Source of the DNA: Minisyncoccota bacterium
GTDB lineage: Bacteria; Patescibacteriota; Minisyncoccia; Phycocordibacterales; UBA9973
Reading direction: 5' to 3'
NCBI GenBank assembly: GCA_031413715.1
Contig: JANOFO010000007.1
Location: forward strand, 90,338 to 154,337
DNA: 64,000 bases
Of the stretch, positions 29,616 through 39,861 are shown piece after piece. A program made the translations under genes and the position numbers. Under the pieces are notes generated by a model that did no database searches, was not told where the DNA came from, and saw only the letters and a list, made by a program, of their open reading frames with translations. Each line of letters starts with the position of its first letter. The first letter of the stretch is position 1.

Positions 29616-29741
29616 GATAAATTATCTATAATAATAACGACTTTTTAATAATATTCATTGAACCCGCGACCGCAGGCAATGATAGGAACACACTGTTTTA
29701 CATGATTATTATATCACAAATGAGCCCTAAATTAGCAAGCT

Positions 29742-30038
29742 TTACTGAGAAAGCTGTGGAATAAGAGTTTTGATGCCAAAGGTGCTCGTAAGAACACCGA
29801 CCAGCCCCCAAATACTTATCATGACAAATAAGGCTATCAACCCCCAGATCATAAAACTCTTGCCTTTCTTGCGCTTTTCTTCATTGTCAGGATTCAGGAA
29901 ATACTGGATAATCCCCCATATGAATCCGGCAACGGCAAGCGTCAAAAGAAGAGGGATTATTGATTGGACGAGCGTACAGCTGGCCCAGTTGAAGATATTA
30001 CCCAAGGTGTTTAAATCAATTGTTTGGCAGTCTTTCAT
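29742..30038 (-). CDS. pilin-like two-helix module protein; paralog 3
   Basis: ...IIPLLLTLAVAGFIWGIIQYFLNPDNEEKRKKGKSFMIWGLIALFVMISIWG... Confidence 0.5.
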   Translation of the reverse strand: MKDCQTIDLNTLGNIFNWASCTLVQSIIPLLLTLAVAGFIWGIIQYFLNPDNEEKRKKGKSFMIWGLIALFVMISIWGLVGVLTSTFGIKTLIPQLSQ

Positions 30039-30044
30039 AATATA

Positions 30045-30830
30045 TTACGTCGTGCTTTTAATTTCGTCGACCGTTCCTTTAATAGCGTCTGCTACCACAA
30101 AAGCACCAAGCAAAAGAGCTGCGCCGATGAGAGTATAAAGGAGGGCTTGTTTTGCTTTCTTGAGTTTCTCGGAATTGCCGGCAGCGGTTACAAAAAGAAA
30201 ACCACAGTAAATAATGGCGAGTGCCACAATCGGTATTCCGATAAGAAGGACGAAATCAATTATAGCTCTTATAAAAGAAGGAATGTCCTGAAGATTCGGG
30301 CCTAGAGGATTCTTGATGCCGGAGTTTATCTTAACATCAGTACCATTTCCAGGAGGGATGGTACCATTATCTGGTGGAATAGTGCCGTTGTTTGGAGGAA
30401 TTGTGCCATTACCAGTTGTAGCTCCAGCTGTACGAGCATATCTAAACGGTACTTTTTCTGGATTAATTGAAACAACTCCATTAATGTATGGAAACGCTTG
30501 AACTTCAAGATCGTACGACCCTGGATCAAGAGTGATAGTTTTTTTAGTTACTGCTTGTTTAGGATCCATATCGCCAAATACAATTGTCTGGACCTTTTTT
30601 CCTCCTGTTGATGTATATAGATCGCCCATTACATTGTATTTAGTAGAAGCTACATTGGTAAGCGTAATAGTGAGTGTAGTCTTATCCGCTTTATAACTCA
30701 TAATGACAGGGCTCGCTGCAAGAACTATATTTGCAATGAATAATGAACCAGTAACAATAAATACAAAACTATGTCTCGCTATTATTGAAAGTAGACGATA
30801 TTTATTTTTTCTAAGTATATTCATATGCAC
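30045..30830 (-). CDS. secreted protein with NGTIPP repeats and a C-terminal pilin-like two-helix module; paralog 4
   Basis: Signal peptide, GNGTIPPNNGTIPPDNGTIPPGNGT repeats, and C-terminal ...IPIVALAIIYCGFLFVTAAGNSEKLKKAKQALLYTLIGAALLLGAFVV. Confidence 0.5.
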   Translation of the reverse strand: MHMNILRKNKYRLLSIIARHSFVFIVTGSLFIANIVLAASPVIMSYKADKTTLTITLTNVASTKYNVMGDLYTSTGGKKVQTIVFGDMDPKQAVTKKTITLDPGSYDLEVQAFPYINGVVSINPEKVPFRYARTAGATTGNGTIPPNNGTIPPDNGTIPPGNGTDVKINSGIKNPLGPNLQDIPSFIRAIIDFVLLIGIPIVALAIIYCGFLFVTAAGNSEKLKKAKQALLYTLIGAALLLGAFVVADAIKGTVDEIKSTT

Positions 30831-30861
30831 ATTATAACACTTATTATTTAATAGTAGTCAC

Positions 30862-31347
30862 TTAACAATCAGGTATTTCATTGCCAAGCCAATTTAAACA
30901 AGGATCGGCATTCACGATAGAAAAAATCGTATGTATTATGAGCCATGCGGCTAACGCTATGATAAAGCCAAAAATTGCATGCATAATCATCTTTTTGGCT
31001 TTGGAGCGACTTTCAGAATTACCTCCTGAAGTAATCAATTGAAATCCAGCATAGACTAGTATGAGAGCTACAAGTACCGGTGCTATAACGAAAATTAGAA
31101 AATCGATAACGTTATTTATCAGTCCCATGAGGAATCCAAAGTCACACTGCTTCGCGACCACACTCTCCATGACTGGTTCCCCTTTTTCAAGGACAGGTTT
31201 ACCCGTCGAATCAACCTTGGGTACTTGGATAACCTTGCCACACTCGGGAACCAAGCCCGCGGCATGAGCTATACCTAGTGGCACAATCGGGCTAATGATA
31301 AGGACAAGCCCAACGATATATCCGAGCAATTTTTTATTGAAAGACAT
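30862..31347 (-). CDS. secreted protein with a C-terminal pilin-like two-helix module; paralog 5
   Basis: Signal peptide, and C-terminal ...IAPVLVALILVYAGFQLITSGGNSESRSKAKKMIMHAIFGFIIALAAWLII. Confidence 0.5.
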   Translation of the reverse strand: MSFNKKLLGYIVGLVLIISPIVPLGIAHAAGLVPECGKVIQVPKVDSTGKPVLEKGEPVMESVVAKQCDFGFLMGLINNVIDFLIFVIAPVLVALILVYAGFQLITSGGNSESRSKAKKMIMHAIFGFIIALAAWLIIHTIFSIVNADPCLNWLGNEIPDC

Positions 31348-31348
31348 A

Positions 31349-32659
31349 TTATTTCTTAATTATGGAATCCAATTGGTTACTTGCTTTACCTAATGCATCT
31401 TCTACTGAAAGCTTGTTAGACACGATGTTATCTAAGAGCTCTCCAAATATTTCATCACTTCCCTTTGGATCCGGATCAAGCCACGCTCGAGAAATAATAG
31501 CAGAGTTAAAGAATGTAAAAAGATAAGGATCAGTAGGCTTGGTAGAGAGAAGCGCACGTGATGCTGGTGGAAGAGAGACTGCGGCTGCCAGATTCTTGGC
31601 TGTATCCCCTGCACTCAGAAGTGTAGCCACACCGAAATCTCCCGCAAGGTTGGCAGACTTCTTGTTAACCGCCACCGCATATATAGTACCATAGGTACGT
31701 TTGGTATTGGTGCCTCGGGTTTGCAGCACATCTGTGACATCAAAACTAAGATTTGGATTAACTGATTCTATCTTGAACAATTCGCTTGCATGACCAAGAT
31801 ACATTGCAAGCCTACCTCCGGTAAACATATCAGTAGAATTCGGGAGCGCCCTGCTCCATGAATAGGCGGCATCTGATGGGTTAGAGAATTTTATGAAAAA
31901 CTCAAAGATCTGTTCTGTAGGTGAAATTGGAAGCGAGGCGTTATTTCCGTTAAGTACTGACGAGTACGAGCCATTGCTTCCTAGGGCAACAATCTGATTG
32001 TTGCTTTGTAGAAGAAGCGTAGCGAGTATGTCTTTGACGTTTGTTATATTCTCGTATCGCCCGAGGGCTATAGCGCTCTGTAGTACAGTACCATCATCTT
32101 TCTTTTTTGTGAGTTTGGAAACAAAATTAAAGAGCTCATCCCAATATGCTGGCGGAGAGACGATGCCCTCATTGGAAAGAATGTCCTTATTGTAGTAAAG
32201 TACTACAGGATCAACAACAACTGGAAAGCCTATCAATCCGTCTTTTCCTAAATAAATATTTGCTCCATCAATATACGTATCGCGAAATGTTTTCTCTGGA
32301 TAGCTCGCATAAGGAATATTATAAATGAAATCTTTGTTTTTTAGAATCATATCCGGAGTTATAAAGAAAAGATCAGGACCCGTGCCAGAGGCAAACGCTT
32401 CAATCAGGTTTTGTTGGTATGTAGAAAGTGGTTTTTTGACATAGCTCACATTCAAATCCCTGTTGGTTCCTACCATATCAGAGAACACCTTATTGAGTTC
32501 TGAACTGCTATCAAACGTCCCCCAGATTACAACCTTACCCGAAAGAGTAGTGCTTGTACTCGACGATCCTCCGATTTTTAAAATTCCGGAAAATATCATA
32601 ACTGCAAATACAAAGAAGGCTAAAAAGATTGCGACCACGATTGTCTGAAAGTTATTCAT
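31349..32659 (-). CDS. extracellular solute-binding protein (ABC transporter family-1-like), orphan
   Basis: N-terminal TM/signal anchor and ...KVVIWGTFDSS...GPDLFFITPDMI..., typical of the sugar-type SBP fold. No permease or ATPase genes are adjacent. Confidence 0.65.
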   Translation of the reverse strand: MNNFQTIVVAIFLAFFVFAVMIFSGILKIGGSSSTSTTLSGKVVIWGTFDSSSELNKVFSDMVGTNRDLNVSYVKKPLSTYQQNLIEAFASGTGPDLFFITPDMILKNKDFIYNIPYASYPEKTFRDTYIDGANIYLGKDGLIGFPVVVDPVVLYYNKDILSNEGIVSPPAYWDELFNFVSKLTKKKDDGTVLQSAIALGRYENITNVKDILATLLLQSNNQIVALGSNGSYSSVLNGNNASLPISPTEQIFEFFIKFSNPSDAAYSWSRALPNSTDMFTGGRLAMYLGHASELFKIESVNPNLSFDVTDVLQTRGTNTKRTYGTIYAVAVNKKSANLAGDFGVATLLSAGDTAKNLAAAVSLPPASRALLSTKPTDPYLFTFFNSAIISRAWLDPDPKGSDEIFGELLDNIVSNKLSVEDALGKASNQLDSIIKK

Positions 32660-33179
32660 GCATTAAAATTATACCATACTGATGAGCCGAGGCAGAAATG
32701 TTTTCGAGATATTTGAACCCTCGACGTGTAAACAATTCCTTGGCCTCTAATTCTTTTACGACATACATTCTAGCTGGACCCATGCCACTGAAAGATTCCT
32801 TCCAGTCAACAACAAGCACTTTACCACCGGGTTTCAGTACTCTTTTTACTTCATCTACTAGACCAAGTTTATCTGATGCCGAAAAAAGGACATTAGAAAC
32901 AATGACTCTGTCTATACTATGCTCTTTCAATTTGGTGCCTCCTTCACATTCTATATCACCCCAAATAACATCGACATTCGTTATTCCTAATTCTTTCAGT
33001 TCAGCATCCAATTTTTTGAGCATGTCTTTCTGGATTTCTATTGCATATACTCGGCCTGTCGTTCCCACTTTAAGAGATGCTTCTTTTGTATAAAATCCAG
33101 TTCCTGCCCCAAAGTCAGCAACACGCATACCTTCCATAAGTCCAAGCGCGGCGACATTTTGTTTAGGATTTGCAAACAT
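32652..33179 (-). CDS. class I SAM-dependent methyltransferase
   Basis: RVADFGAGTGFYT motif I and an acidic motif II ...VYAIEIQ. Confidence 0.7.
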   Translation of the reverse strand: MFANPKQNVAALGLMEGMRVADFGAGTGFYTKEASLKVGTTGRVYAIEIQKDMLKKLDAELKELGITNVDVIWGDIECEGGTKLKEHSIDRVIVSNVLFSASDKLGLVDEVKRVLKPGGKVLVVDWKESFSGMGPARMYVVKELEAKELFTRRGFKYLENISASAHQYGIILMHE

Positions 33180-33235
33180 GATTTAATTATATCATGGGTT
33201 AGCTCTTAGCTACTAGCATAGCTCTTAATTAGAAG

Positions 33236-35710
33236 CTAAAGGCAAGTTATCGAAGCGATGCTATCGCCTGGGCGGAGCTTCATGATGGTAACACCTTGAG
33301 TTTGTCTGCCAGATGTAGGAATTGATTTGAGATCCACACGTATCACTTGGCCTTTTTGCGACACAGCTATGATCTCGTTCTCGTCTCCGACAATTTTGGC
33401 AACAATTAGTTTTCCTGTTTTTGGGGTCACTTTGGCAGTTTTAATGCCTGAGCCGCCGCGCTTTTGAGTTTTGTATTCTTTAATATTTGTTTTCTTACCA
33501 AGACCATTAGAAGAAAGTGAGAGGAGAGCTAAAGCAGTCTCACCTTTCGGAATGTTATCGACACCGATGACGAAATCCCCTTTTGAAAGCTTGATAGCGC
33601 GTACACCTCCGGCGGCACGACCCATTTCTCGTACGTCGGATTCTCTGAACCTAATTGATTGGCCGAGAGTTGTCGCAAGCATAACATCATCTCCTTTTGA
33701 GATAGCGAGTACAGCCTGAAGTTCATCTCCCTTCTCGAGCTTGATCGCGATCAAGCCGCTTCTACGGACATCTTTGAAACTCTCAGCGGCAACTTTTTTG
33801 ACCACGCCCATCGATGTCACCATCATCAAGTGTTCAACTGTTTTCTTTGCTTCCTTATCTATCGGAAGTATGGATGTCACCTTCTCATCTCCTTCAAGTG
33901 AGAGGAAATTCATAATAGATTTGCCTTTCGTAGCGCGCTTACCCTCAGGGATATCGTACATTTTAATCTGATAGGCTTTGCCGCGGTTAGTGAAAAACAA
34001 AAGGTCACTATGAGTACTTGCAGTAGTGAGCATTATGACAAAGTCTTCTTCTTTTGTCTCTATATCTATCACCCCCACACCGCCGCGCTTTTGAGTGCGA
34101 TACTCTCCAGGATCGGTACGCTTGACGTAGCCACCCTTAGTGAACACAAGAACTGACTCCTTTTCTGGAATAAGATCTTCTTCATTGATAGTTTTAACAC
34201 CACCCTTGACGATGCGTGTGCGACGCTCATCACTATATTTCTCCTTAATATCTTTAAGTTCTGTAGAAATGACGGTAAGCATTTTCTTTGGACTGGCAAG
34301 GAGCGCTTCGAGTTCTTTGATTAATTCTTGCTTATCTTTGAGCTCGAGTTCCACATTCTTGCGCTCGAGTCCGGCAAGTTTCTGAAGCTTCATTTCAAGT
34401 ATTGCGATCGCTTGGAGATCGGAGAACTTAAATTCCTTCATCAAGTTTGCTTTAGCGGTTGCAGTATCTTTGGATGCGCGAATAACTGAGATGACTTTAT
34501 CTATATGATCGAGCGCCTTCTTCAATCCGAGCAATATATGCTCACGTTCTTTGGCTTTACGCAGATCATATTCGGTACGACGACGGACAACAACCACTCG
34601 GTGGCTAATAAACTCGGAAAGCAGGCTCTTAAGCGACAAGGTTTGCGGTACGCCATCTACGAGAGCGACGATATTGAAATTAAACGACTGTTCAAGCTGC
34701 GTATGTTTATAGATATAATTGAGTACTTTCTCAGGAATAATTCCAGACTTTAGATCAATAGCGATACGAATATCCTTGGTCGATTCGTCACGAAGACCTT
34801 TTATGCCTTCAAGCTTTTTCTCTTGCACAAGCGCCGCGATGGATTCTATAAGCGCTGACTTATTTACGCGGTATGGGATGGAGGTGATGATAATCTGAAA
34901 TGTTCCGCTTTTTGCCTCTACGATCTCCGCTTCACCGCGAGTGACTACTCCGCCTCTACCAGTCGAATAGGCATGGAGCAAATCTGCTTGGCCATATGCA
35001 ATTCCGCCCATCGGAAAATCAGGACCTTTGATAAATTCCATCAAATCCTCCGTAGTAGCGTCTTTATTTTCAATCAAGTGAATAGTAGCATCAATTGTTT
35101 CAGATAGGTTGTGCGGAGGAATATTTGTCGCCATACCAACAGCGATACCAAGCGTACCATTGAGCAATAAGCTCGGAACTGCAGTAGGGAGAACCGTCGG
35201 CTCTTTGCGAGTCTGATCGTAGTTTGGACGGAAGTCGACTGTCTCTTTCTCAAGATCAAGTAAAAGCTGTGATGATAGGCGAGCCATCTTAGCTTCCGTA
35301 TAACGCATCGCTGCTGCATTGTCTCCATCAATAGAACCGAAGTTACCTTGACCAAATATAAGCGGATAGCGATATGAAAAGTCTTGAGCCATACCTACCA
35401 TGGAATCATAGACCGCCACATCACCGTGCGGATGATATTTACCGAGCACTTCACCGACAACTGTGGCTGATTTACGAAAACGACCCTGATATGTAAGGCC
35501 CATTTCGTTCATCGCATAGAGAATCCGACGATGTACTGGTTTGAGTCCATCACGCACATCAGGAAGCGCGCGGTCAGTAATAACCGACATCGCGTAGTCG
35601 ATGAATGACTCTTTCATTTCAGTACTGATATTTACCGAAACAACATTCTGATGATCCCCGCCTGAATGATCATCAGATCGGGCAGGTACTTTTGGCTCTT
35701 CTTTTGGCAT
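33236..35710 (-). CDS. gyrA: DNA gyrase subunit A
   Basis: ...[37 protein letters not shown]... contains the active-site Tyr region. The C-terminal beta-pinwheel has GyrA-box-like QKRGGVG. Confidence 0.9.
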   Translation of the reverse strand: MPKEEPKVPARSDDHSGGDHQNVVSVNISTEMKESFIDYAMSVITDRALPDVRDGLKPVHRRILYAMNEMGLTYQGRFRKSATVVGEVLGKYHPHGDVAVYDSMVGMAQDFSYRYPLIFGQGNFGSIDGDNAAAMRYTEAKMARLSSQLLLDLEKETVDFRPNYDQTRKEPTVLPTAVPSLLLNGTLGIAVGMATNIPPHNLSETIDATIHLIENKDATTEDLMEFIKGPDFPMGGIAYGQADLLHAYSTGRGGVVTRGEAEIVEAKSGTFQIIITSIPYRVNKSALIESIAALVQEKKLEGIKGLRDESTKDIRIAIDLKSGIIPEKVLNYIYKHTQLEQSFNFNIVALVDGVPQTLSLKSLLSEFISHRVVVVRRRTEYDLRKAKEREHILLGLKKALDHIDKVISVIRASKDTATAKANLMKEFKFSDLQAIAILEMKLQKLAGLERKNVELELKDKQELIKELEALLASPKKMLTVISTELKDIKEKYSDERRTRIVKGGVKTINEEDLIPEKESVLVFTKGGYVKRTDPGEYRTQKRGGVGVIDIETKEEDFVIMLTTASTHSDLLFFTNRGKAYQIKMYDIPEGKRATKGKSIMNFLSLEGDEKVTSILPIDKEAKKTVEHLMMVTSMGVVKKVAAESFKDVRRSGLIAIKLEKGDELQAVLAISKGDDVMLATTLGQSIRFRESDVREMGRAAGGVRAIKLSKGDFVIGVDNIPKGETALALLSLSSNGLGKKTNIKEYKTQKRGGSGIKTAKVTPKTGKLIVAKIVGDENEIIAVSQKGQVIRVDLKSIPTSGRQTQGVTIMKLRPGDSIASITCL

Positions 35711-35711
35711 G

Positions 35712-36029
35712 TTACTGGTTTTCTTTTGGTTCTACAACAATAAGATCTATCTGCTTTTGTGATGTTTCATCAGTCGCGTCTTTAGATGATGTCTTTCCGA
35801 CGCTTGCGCTTATGTCGTCATAGGTACTTGAAATGGAATTCGCAAAGAGTTTAAAAGGCTGCAGATTATCTTCTTGTTTACTTGCGACAGTTTCACTGCT
35901 AAACCGGTCAGTGAGATTATACACCCAGACGCCAATGACTAAAGACATGCATACGACCATAGAACCAAGTAAAATCTGCTTGCGAGCAACTTCGTTTTTT
36001 GATTGTAACTTTCTTATATATGAATTCAT
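35712..36029 (-). CDS. small membrane-anchored hypothetical protein
   Basis: 105 aa with one TM helix; start overlaps the gyrA stop. Confidence 0.35.
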   Translation of the reverse strand: MNSYIRKLQSKNEVARKQILLGSMVVCMSLVIGVWVYNLTDRFSSETVASKQEDNLQPFKLFANSISSTYDDISASVGKTSSKDATDETSQKQIDLIVVEPKENQ

Positions 36030-36057
36030 AATTATTTTAAAAAATAGTTATAATAAT

Positions 36058-36738
36058 CTACGACGATAAAACTATTATTTCACCTTCACGGCCAACGAGC
36101 TCTTTGGCTTTAATTGTGAGCTTTTCGATTGGTGATACTTTCTCTTGTCCGCCTTCTTTAAGAAAGCTCTTCAGTGTCGCTTGGTCGTATTCCATCGGTA
36201 TAATAACTTTCGGCTCAAGTGATACTGCGAGCTTGTATGCCTCGGCTGGTGTAAGGAGTTCTTTATTGCCTATGGGCACAAACAATATATCAGGTGATTC
36301 AATTTCTCCTGCCACATCAGAACTCAACTTCCCTTCTGATACACAACCCAGGAAGCAGATTGATATGCCTTCTATGGTAAGCGTGTATATCGTATTGATA
36401 TATTTTTTTCCTGCCTGCGCAGGCAGGCCGCCAAGCTCAGTCTCGGTCATGATACCTTTTATAAAAATGTCTTTGATCTCGTAGTCGCCAGGGCCTTTGA
36501 CTTCAAAAGGAACCGTTTCGCCATGAGACACCAAGTCAAATCCGTTGTAATCAGGATGATTTGTGGTAGAAAGAGCGATCACTGAGCCAAAACGAGATAC
36601 AGACTCCTTGGAATCTTTACTAATAGGGTTCATTGCGATTACCAACTCTCCTTGCTGAATTTTGAAGAATTGCTTGCCCAAATACGTGATAATCATGCAT
36701 GCATTATAGCAGATTTTGGACAAAAAAAGAACCCTCAT
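36058..36738 (-). CDS. MBL-fold metal-dependent hydrolase (UPF0173-like)
   Basis: MIITYLG... beta-lactamase-fold pattern, with ...DILFVPIGN...PAEAYKLAVSLEPKVIIPMEYD at the C-terminus. Confidence 0.55.
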   Translation of the reverse strand: MRVLFLSKICYNACMIITYLGKQFFKIQQGELVIAMNPISKDSKESVSRFGSVIALSTTNHPDYNGFDLVSHGETVPFEVKGPGDYEIKDIFIKGIMTETELGGLPAQAGKKYINTIYTLTIEGISICFLGCVSEGKLSSDVAGEIESPDILFVPIGNKELLTPAEAYKLAVSLEPKVIIPMEYDQATLKSFLKEGGQEKVSPIEKLTIKAKELVGREGEIIVLSS

Positions 36739-36793
36739 ACTTATTTAATCAAATAAATATTGAGAGTTCCCGGTTTAGCCACCTTCCAAATGG

Positions 36794-37150
36794 TCAGTTT
36801 AAATACGGTTGGTATGCCATTTCATATACCAGCTCGTAAATTTTTTCTTCTGGTGGTGTAGTAATATTATACTTACCTATTCCAACGCCAAAGTATTGGC
36901 GGAATTCTGCGGCCATATGAGCATGCCATTCAAAAATGGCCACCAGTTTATAGGCTGCACTTCGTACAATAGTCTTAAACAAAAATTTACCTGAAGCAGC
37001 CAAATCTTTGATTTCATCTCTAAAGACAAGGATGCTGTAAGCTAAGTCTTTCTGCAATTCAAGAATTTTCTTATCACAGGCTTTTTGCATTAAAGAGCAT
37101 GGTACATTAAAGGCATTCACGGAATAGTCCGTTTTTTGGTTCAAGTTCAT
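36794..37150 (-). CDS. hypothetical protein
   Basis: 118-aa ORF; no motif recognised. Confidence 0.35.
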   Translation of the reverse strand: MNLNQKTDYSVNAFNVPCSLMQKACDKKILELQKDLAYSILVFRDEIKDLAASGKFLFKTIVRSAAYKLVAIFEWHAHMAAEFRQYFGVGIGKYNITTPPEEKIYELVYEMAYQPYLN

Positions 37151-37381
37151 AAAATAACAAATTTTGGGTTAGAAGATTGGGTTAATTCACTTATCTACAT
37201 TATATAACCTAACTACTAGTTAAAGTCAATAAATGATCTGCTTGCTAAATATAACTTTCTGTAGTATATTTACTGCATTATAAGCCCAGATTGAGAGTAA
37301 CCCTTTATGTTTACTTGGAAGGCCAAGAATCATTGAGAACCTCAAACTGTGCCGCAACCCATTCAACTTCGCTCAGGGTAA

Positions 37382-38569
37382 ATGCCCTCTTCGATTGTTC
37401 GGGATAAAGTGCGGTTTTTATTGTGCTCAGAGGGCACAAATTTAATTATGAAAAAAGACGAAACAAAAGAAAGTGATATAGTTACAAGTATCGCCGAGAA
37501 TGCCAAGATTGAGCTCTCGAGCGTCGGTAAGATGCTTGATAAGGCGGAACTACCCCCAGCTGTTGATGCGCTTGTCGAAGGCCCAGTGATTTCTATACAG
37601 AAATCATCTGTCTATATTGATCTCGCTCCATTCGGTACAGGTATCATTTACGGACGTGAGTTTATCAATGCAAAAGATATTATCAAGAAGGTAAACATCG
37701 GTGATGTCGTCAAAGCAAAAGTAGTATCTACTGATAACGATGAAGGATACATAGAACTATCGCTCAAAGAGGCAAAGCAAGCCCTTATCTGGAGCGAAGC
37801 CGACAAAGCAATCAAGTCTAAAATCCCACTTGAGCTTACTATTAAAGAGGCCAACAAGGGCGGACTTATTTTGGAGTGGCAAGGCATTCAAGGATTCCTT
37901 CCTGCATCACAACTCAAGAGCGAGCATTATCCTCGTGTTGAAGACTCTGATAAAGACAAGATATTGAAAGCACTCAAAATGCTCGTCGGTAAACGCATCA
38001 ATGTGGTTATGATTTCTGCATTGCCAAAGGAAGGCAAGCTTATCTTCTCCGAGAAAGACAACAACCCTGAAGAACGCCAGGAAATTATCGGAAAGTACCA
38101 TGTGGGGGATGAGCTTGAATGTAGTGTTGCCGGTATCGTGGATTTCGGTGTGTTCTTGAAAATTGAGGAAGGCTTGGAAGGTCTTGTGCATATTTCTGAA
38201 ATTGATTGGGGTCTTGTAGAAGATCCAAGAGCGATGTTTAAGGTTGGCGATAAAGTCAAAGCCAAGGTCATAGAAATAAAAGATGGCAAGATTTCCCTCT
38301 CCATCAAGGCTCTTAAGGAGAATCCGTGGCATGAATTCGAAAGTACACTCAAAAAAGGTGATATCGTTTCTGGTGTAGTGATCAAGTTCAACAAGCACGG
38401 CGCCCTTATCTCTATCAAGCAAGGTGTGGCGGGACTCGTCCACAACTCAAGCTTTGGTTCCGAAGAGAAGCTCAAGAAGACTCTGGAGCTCGGCAAGACA
38501 TATGACTTCCAAGTCACATTGTTTGAACCGAAAGATCAGCGCATGACACTCGTCTATCTAGAAGTTTGA
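37382..38569 (+). CDS. rpsA: S1 RNA-binding domain protein (ribosomal protein S1-like, four S1 repeats)
   Basis: Repeated S1 OB-fold patterns (GDVVKAKVV..., GDELECSVAGIVDFGVFL..., GDKVKAKVIEI..., GDIVSGVVIKF...). The likely start is MKKDE at 37448. Confidence 0.7.
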   Translation: MPSSIVRDKVRFLLCSEGTNLIMKKDETKESDIVTSIAENAKIELSSVGKMLDKAELPPAVDALVEGPVISIQKSSVYIDLAPFGTGIIYGREFINAKDIIKKVNIGDVVKAKVVSTDNDEGYIELSLKEAKQALIWSEADKAIKSKIPLELTIKEANKGGLILEWQGIQGFLPASQLKSEHYPRVEDSDKDKILKALKMLVGKRINVVMISALPKEGKLIFSEKDNNPEERQEIIGKYHVGDELECSVAGIVDFGVFLKIEEGLEGLVHISEIDWGLVEDPRAMFKVGDKVKAKVIEIKDGKISLSIKALKENPWHEFESTLKKGDIVSGVVIKFNKHGALISIKQGVAGLVHNSSFGSEEKLKKTLELGKTYDFQVTLFEPKDQRMTLVYLEV

Positions 38570-38675
38570 TTAATATTTTGCTATAATAATTTCATGGAAA
38601 AAGTTGAACTCAAATGAAATATCAACTCCCTATGTAAAAGTAGAATACTGGATGATCTACCTATAAAATATTACA

Positions 38676-39167
38676 GTGAATAAAAGAACACAACAAAAAG
38701 GTTTTACTCTCATAGAGCTACTAGTAGTAATCTCTATTATTAGCCTTTTGTCTAGTATAGTCCTCGCAGCTTTAAACTCTGCTAGGTCAAAGGGTCGCGA
38801 TGCTGTCAGATATCAAACTGCAAACCAGATAAAAACTGCGTTGGAGCTGTACTTTACCAATTACGGCTATTACCCAGTCTGTGGAGGAAACGTTCATTGC
38901 ACTACGGTAGGAACATATAGTGCTCTCAGTACGCTTGCAGTAGTGCCTACATATATATCAAGTATCAAAGACGATCCAATAAATGCCAACGGCTATGGAT
39001 ACTTTTATGGTAGAGGATATATAAAAACAGGAACTAATTCATTCTTATATACAGGAGCCGAAACAGACTATATTTTTGGCATGAGACTCGAAAATAGCTC
39101 TGCTCCCACTTATAGCGGCTGGACTAACCCTAATCTAAATTACCTCGACAGCAATAGAAATCAGTAA
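38676..39167 (+). CDS. type IV pilin / pseudopilin with a prepilin-type N-terminal cleavage/methylation domain
   Basis: MNKRTQQKGFTLIELLVVISIISLLSSIVLAAL has the class III signal GFTLIELLVV. Confidence 0.8.
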   Translation: MNKRTQQKGFTLIELLVVISIISLLSSIVLAALNSARSKGRDAVRYQTANQIKTALELYFTNYGYYPVCGGNVHCTTVGTYSALSTLAVVPTYISSIKDDPINANGYGYFYGRGYIKTGTNSFLYTGAETDYIFGMRLENSSAPTYSGWTNPNLNYLDSNRNQ

Positions 39168-39207
39168 GTGTCCAGAATGGAAGCTTTTAAGGGTTATCAT
39201 ATAAATT

Positions 39208-39792
39208 CTAGTTATACAACGTCATCGCTTTATCTTTGCCTTCGGCGGAGATAGTAACAATTATTTCAGTGACTTTTTTGGAAATCTTTTTTAGTTCCTT
39301 CAATTCATCATCTTTGAAATTACCGAGAAGAAATTTGAGTACTTGCTCTTCCCCTTTTGGTTTCTTAATTTTACCTGTTGGTGTATGAGGCGAGACGCCA
39401 ATACGGATCCTGACAAACTCCCGAGATTTTACCTTCTTGATGACTGATTCGAGTCCATTATGCCCCCCGGAGCTCCGATTGAAGGAAATCTTTAGGCTCC
39501 CAATCGGTAAATCGATGTCATCATATACTACAATAAAATTTTTGAGTTTCTTTGGGCTATCTATAATCTGCATGACTGCATTCCCAGAATTATTCATGAA
39601 CGTATTGGGTAAAAGGAATTCTGCTTTCTCTTTGTTGAGTTCCCCTTTTGCTCTCCATGATTTCAATTTCATATCGTTTTTCCAATCTGAAAAATCATTC
39701 GCTTTGGCAATGTTCTGTAAAACAATCCGCCCGGCGTTATGGCGATTGCTTTCATGTTCTTTATTTGGATTTCCTAAACCAGTGATCAGCAT
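39208..39792 (-). CDS. pth: peptidyl-tRNA hydrolase
   Basis: LITGLGNP...NRHNAG N-terminal signature. Confidence 0.9.
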   Translation of the reverse strand: MLITGLGNPNKEHESNRHNAGRIVLQNIAKANDFSDWKNDMKLKSWRAKGELNKEKAEFLLPNTFMNNSGNAVMQIIDSPKKLKNFIVVYDDIDLPIGSLKISFNRSSGGHNGLESVIKKVKSREFVRIRIGVSPHTPTGKIKKPKGEEQVLKFLLGNFKDDELKELKKISKKVTEIIVTISAEGKDKAMTLYN

Positions 39793-39861
39793 AAAAAAAT
39801 TATATCATACGATCAGGAATTGTACTAAAACACAATAAAACATCTTCTGTCAATAGTCTTT

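Noticed and set aside
37907-38517. Two long minus-strand ORFs (178 and 196 aa) inside the S1-domain gene
   Set aside because: They are antisense to a gene with four recognisable S1 repeats and have low-complexity Ser/Leu-rich translations, so they are shadow frames.
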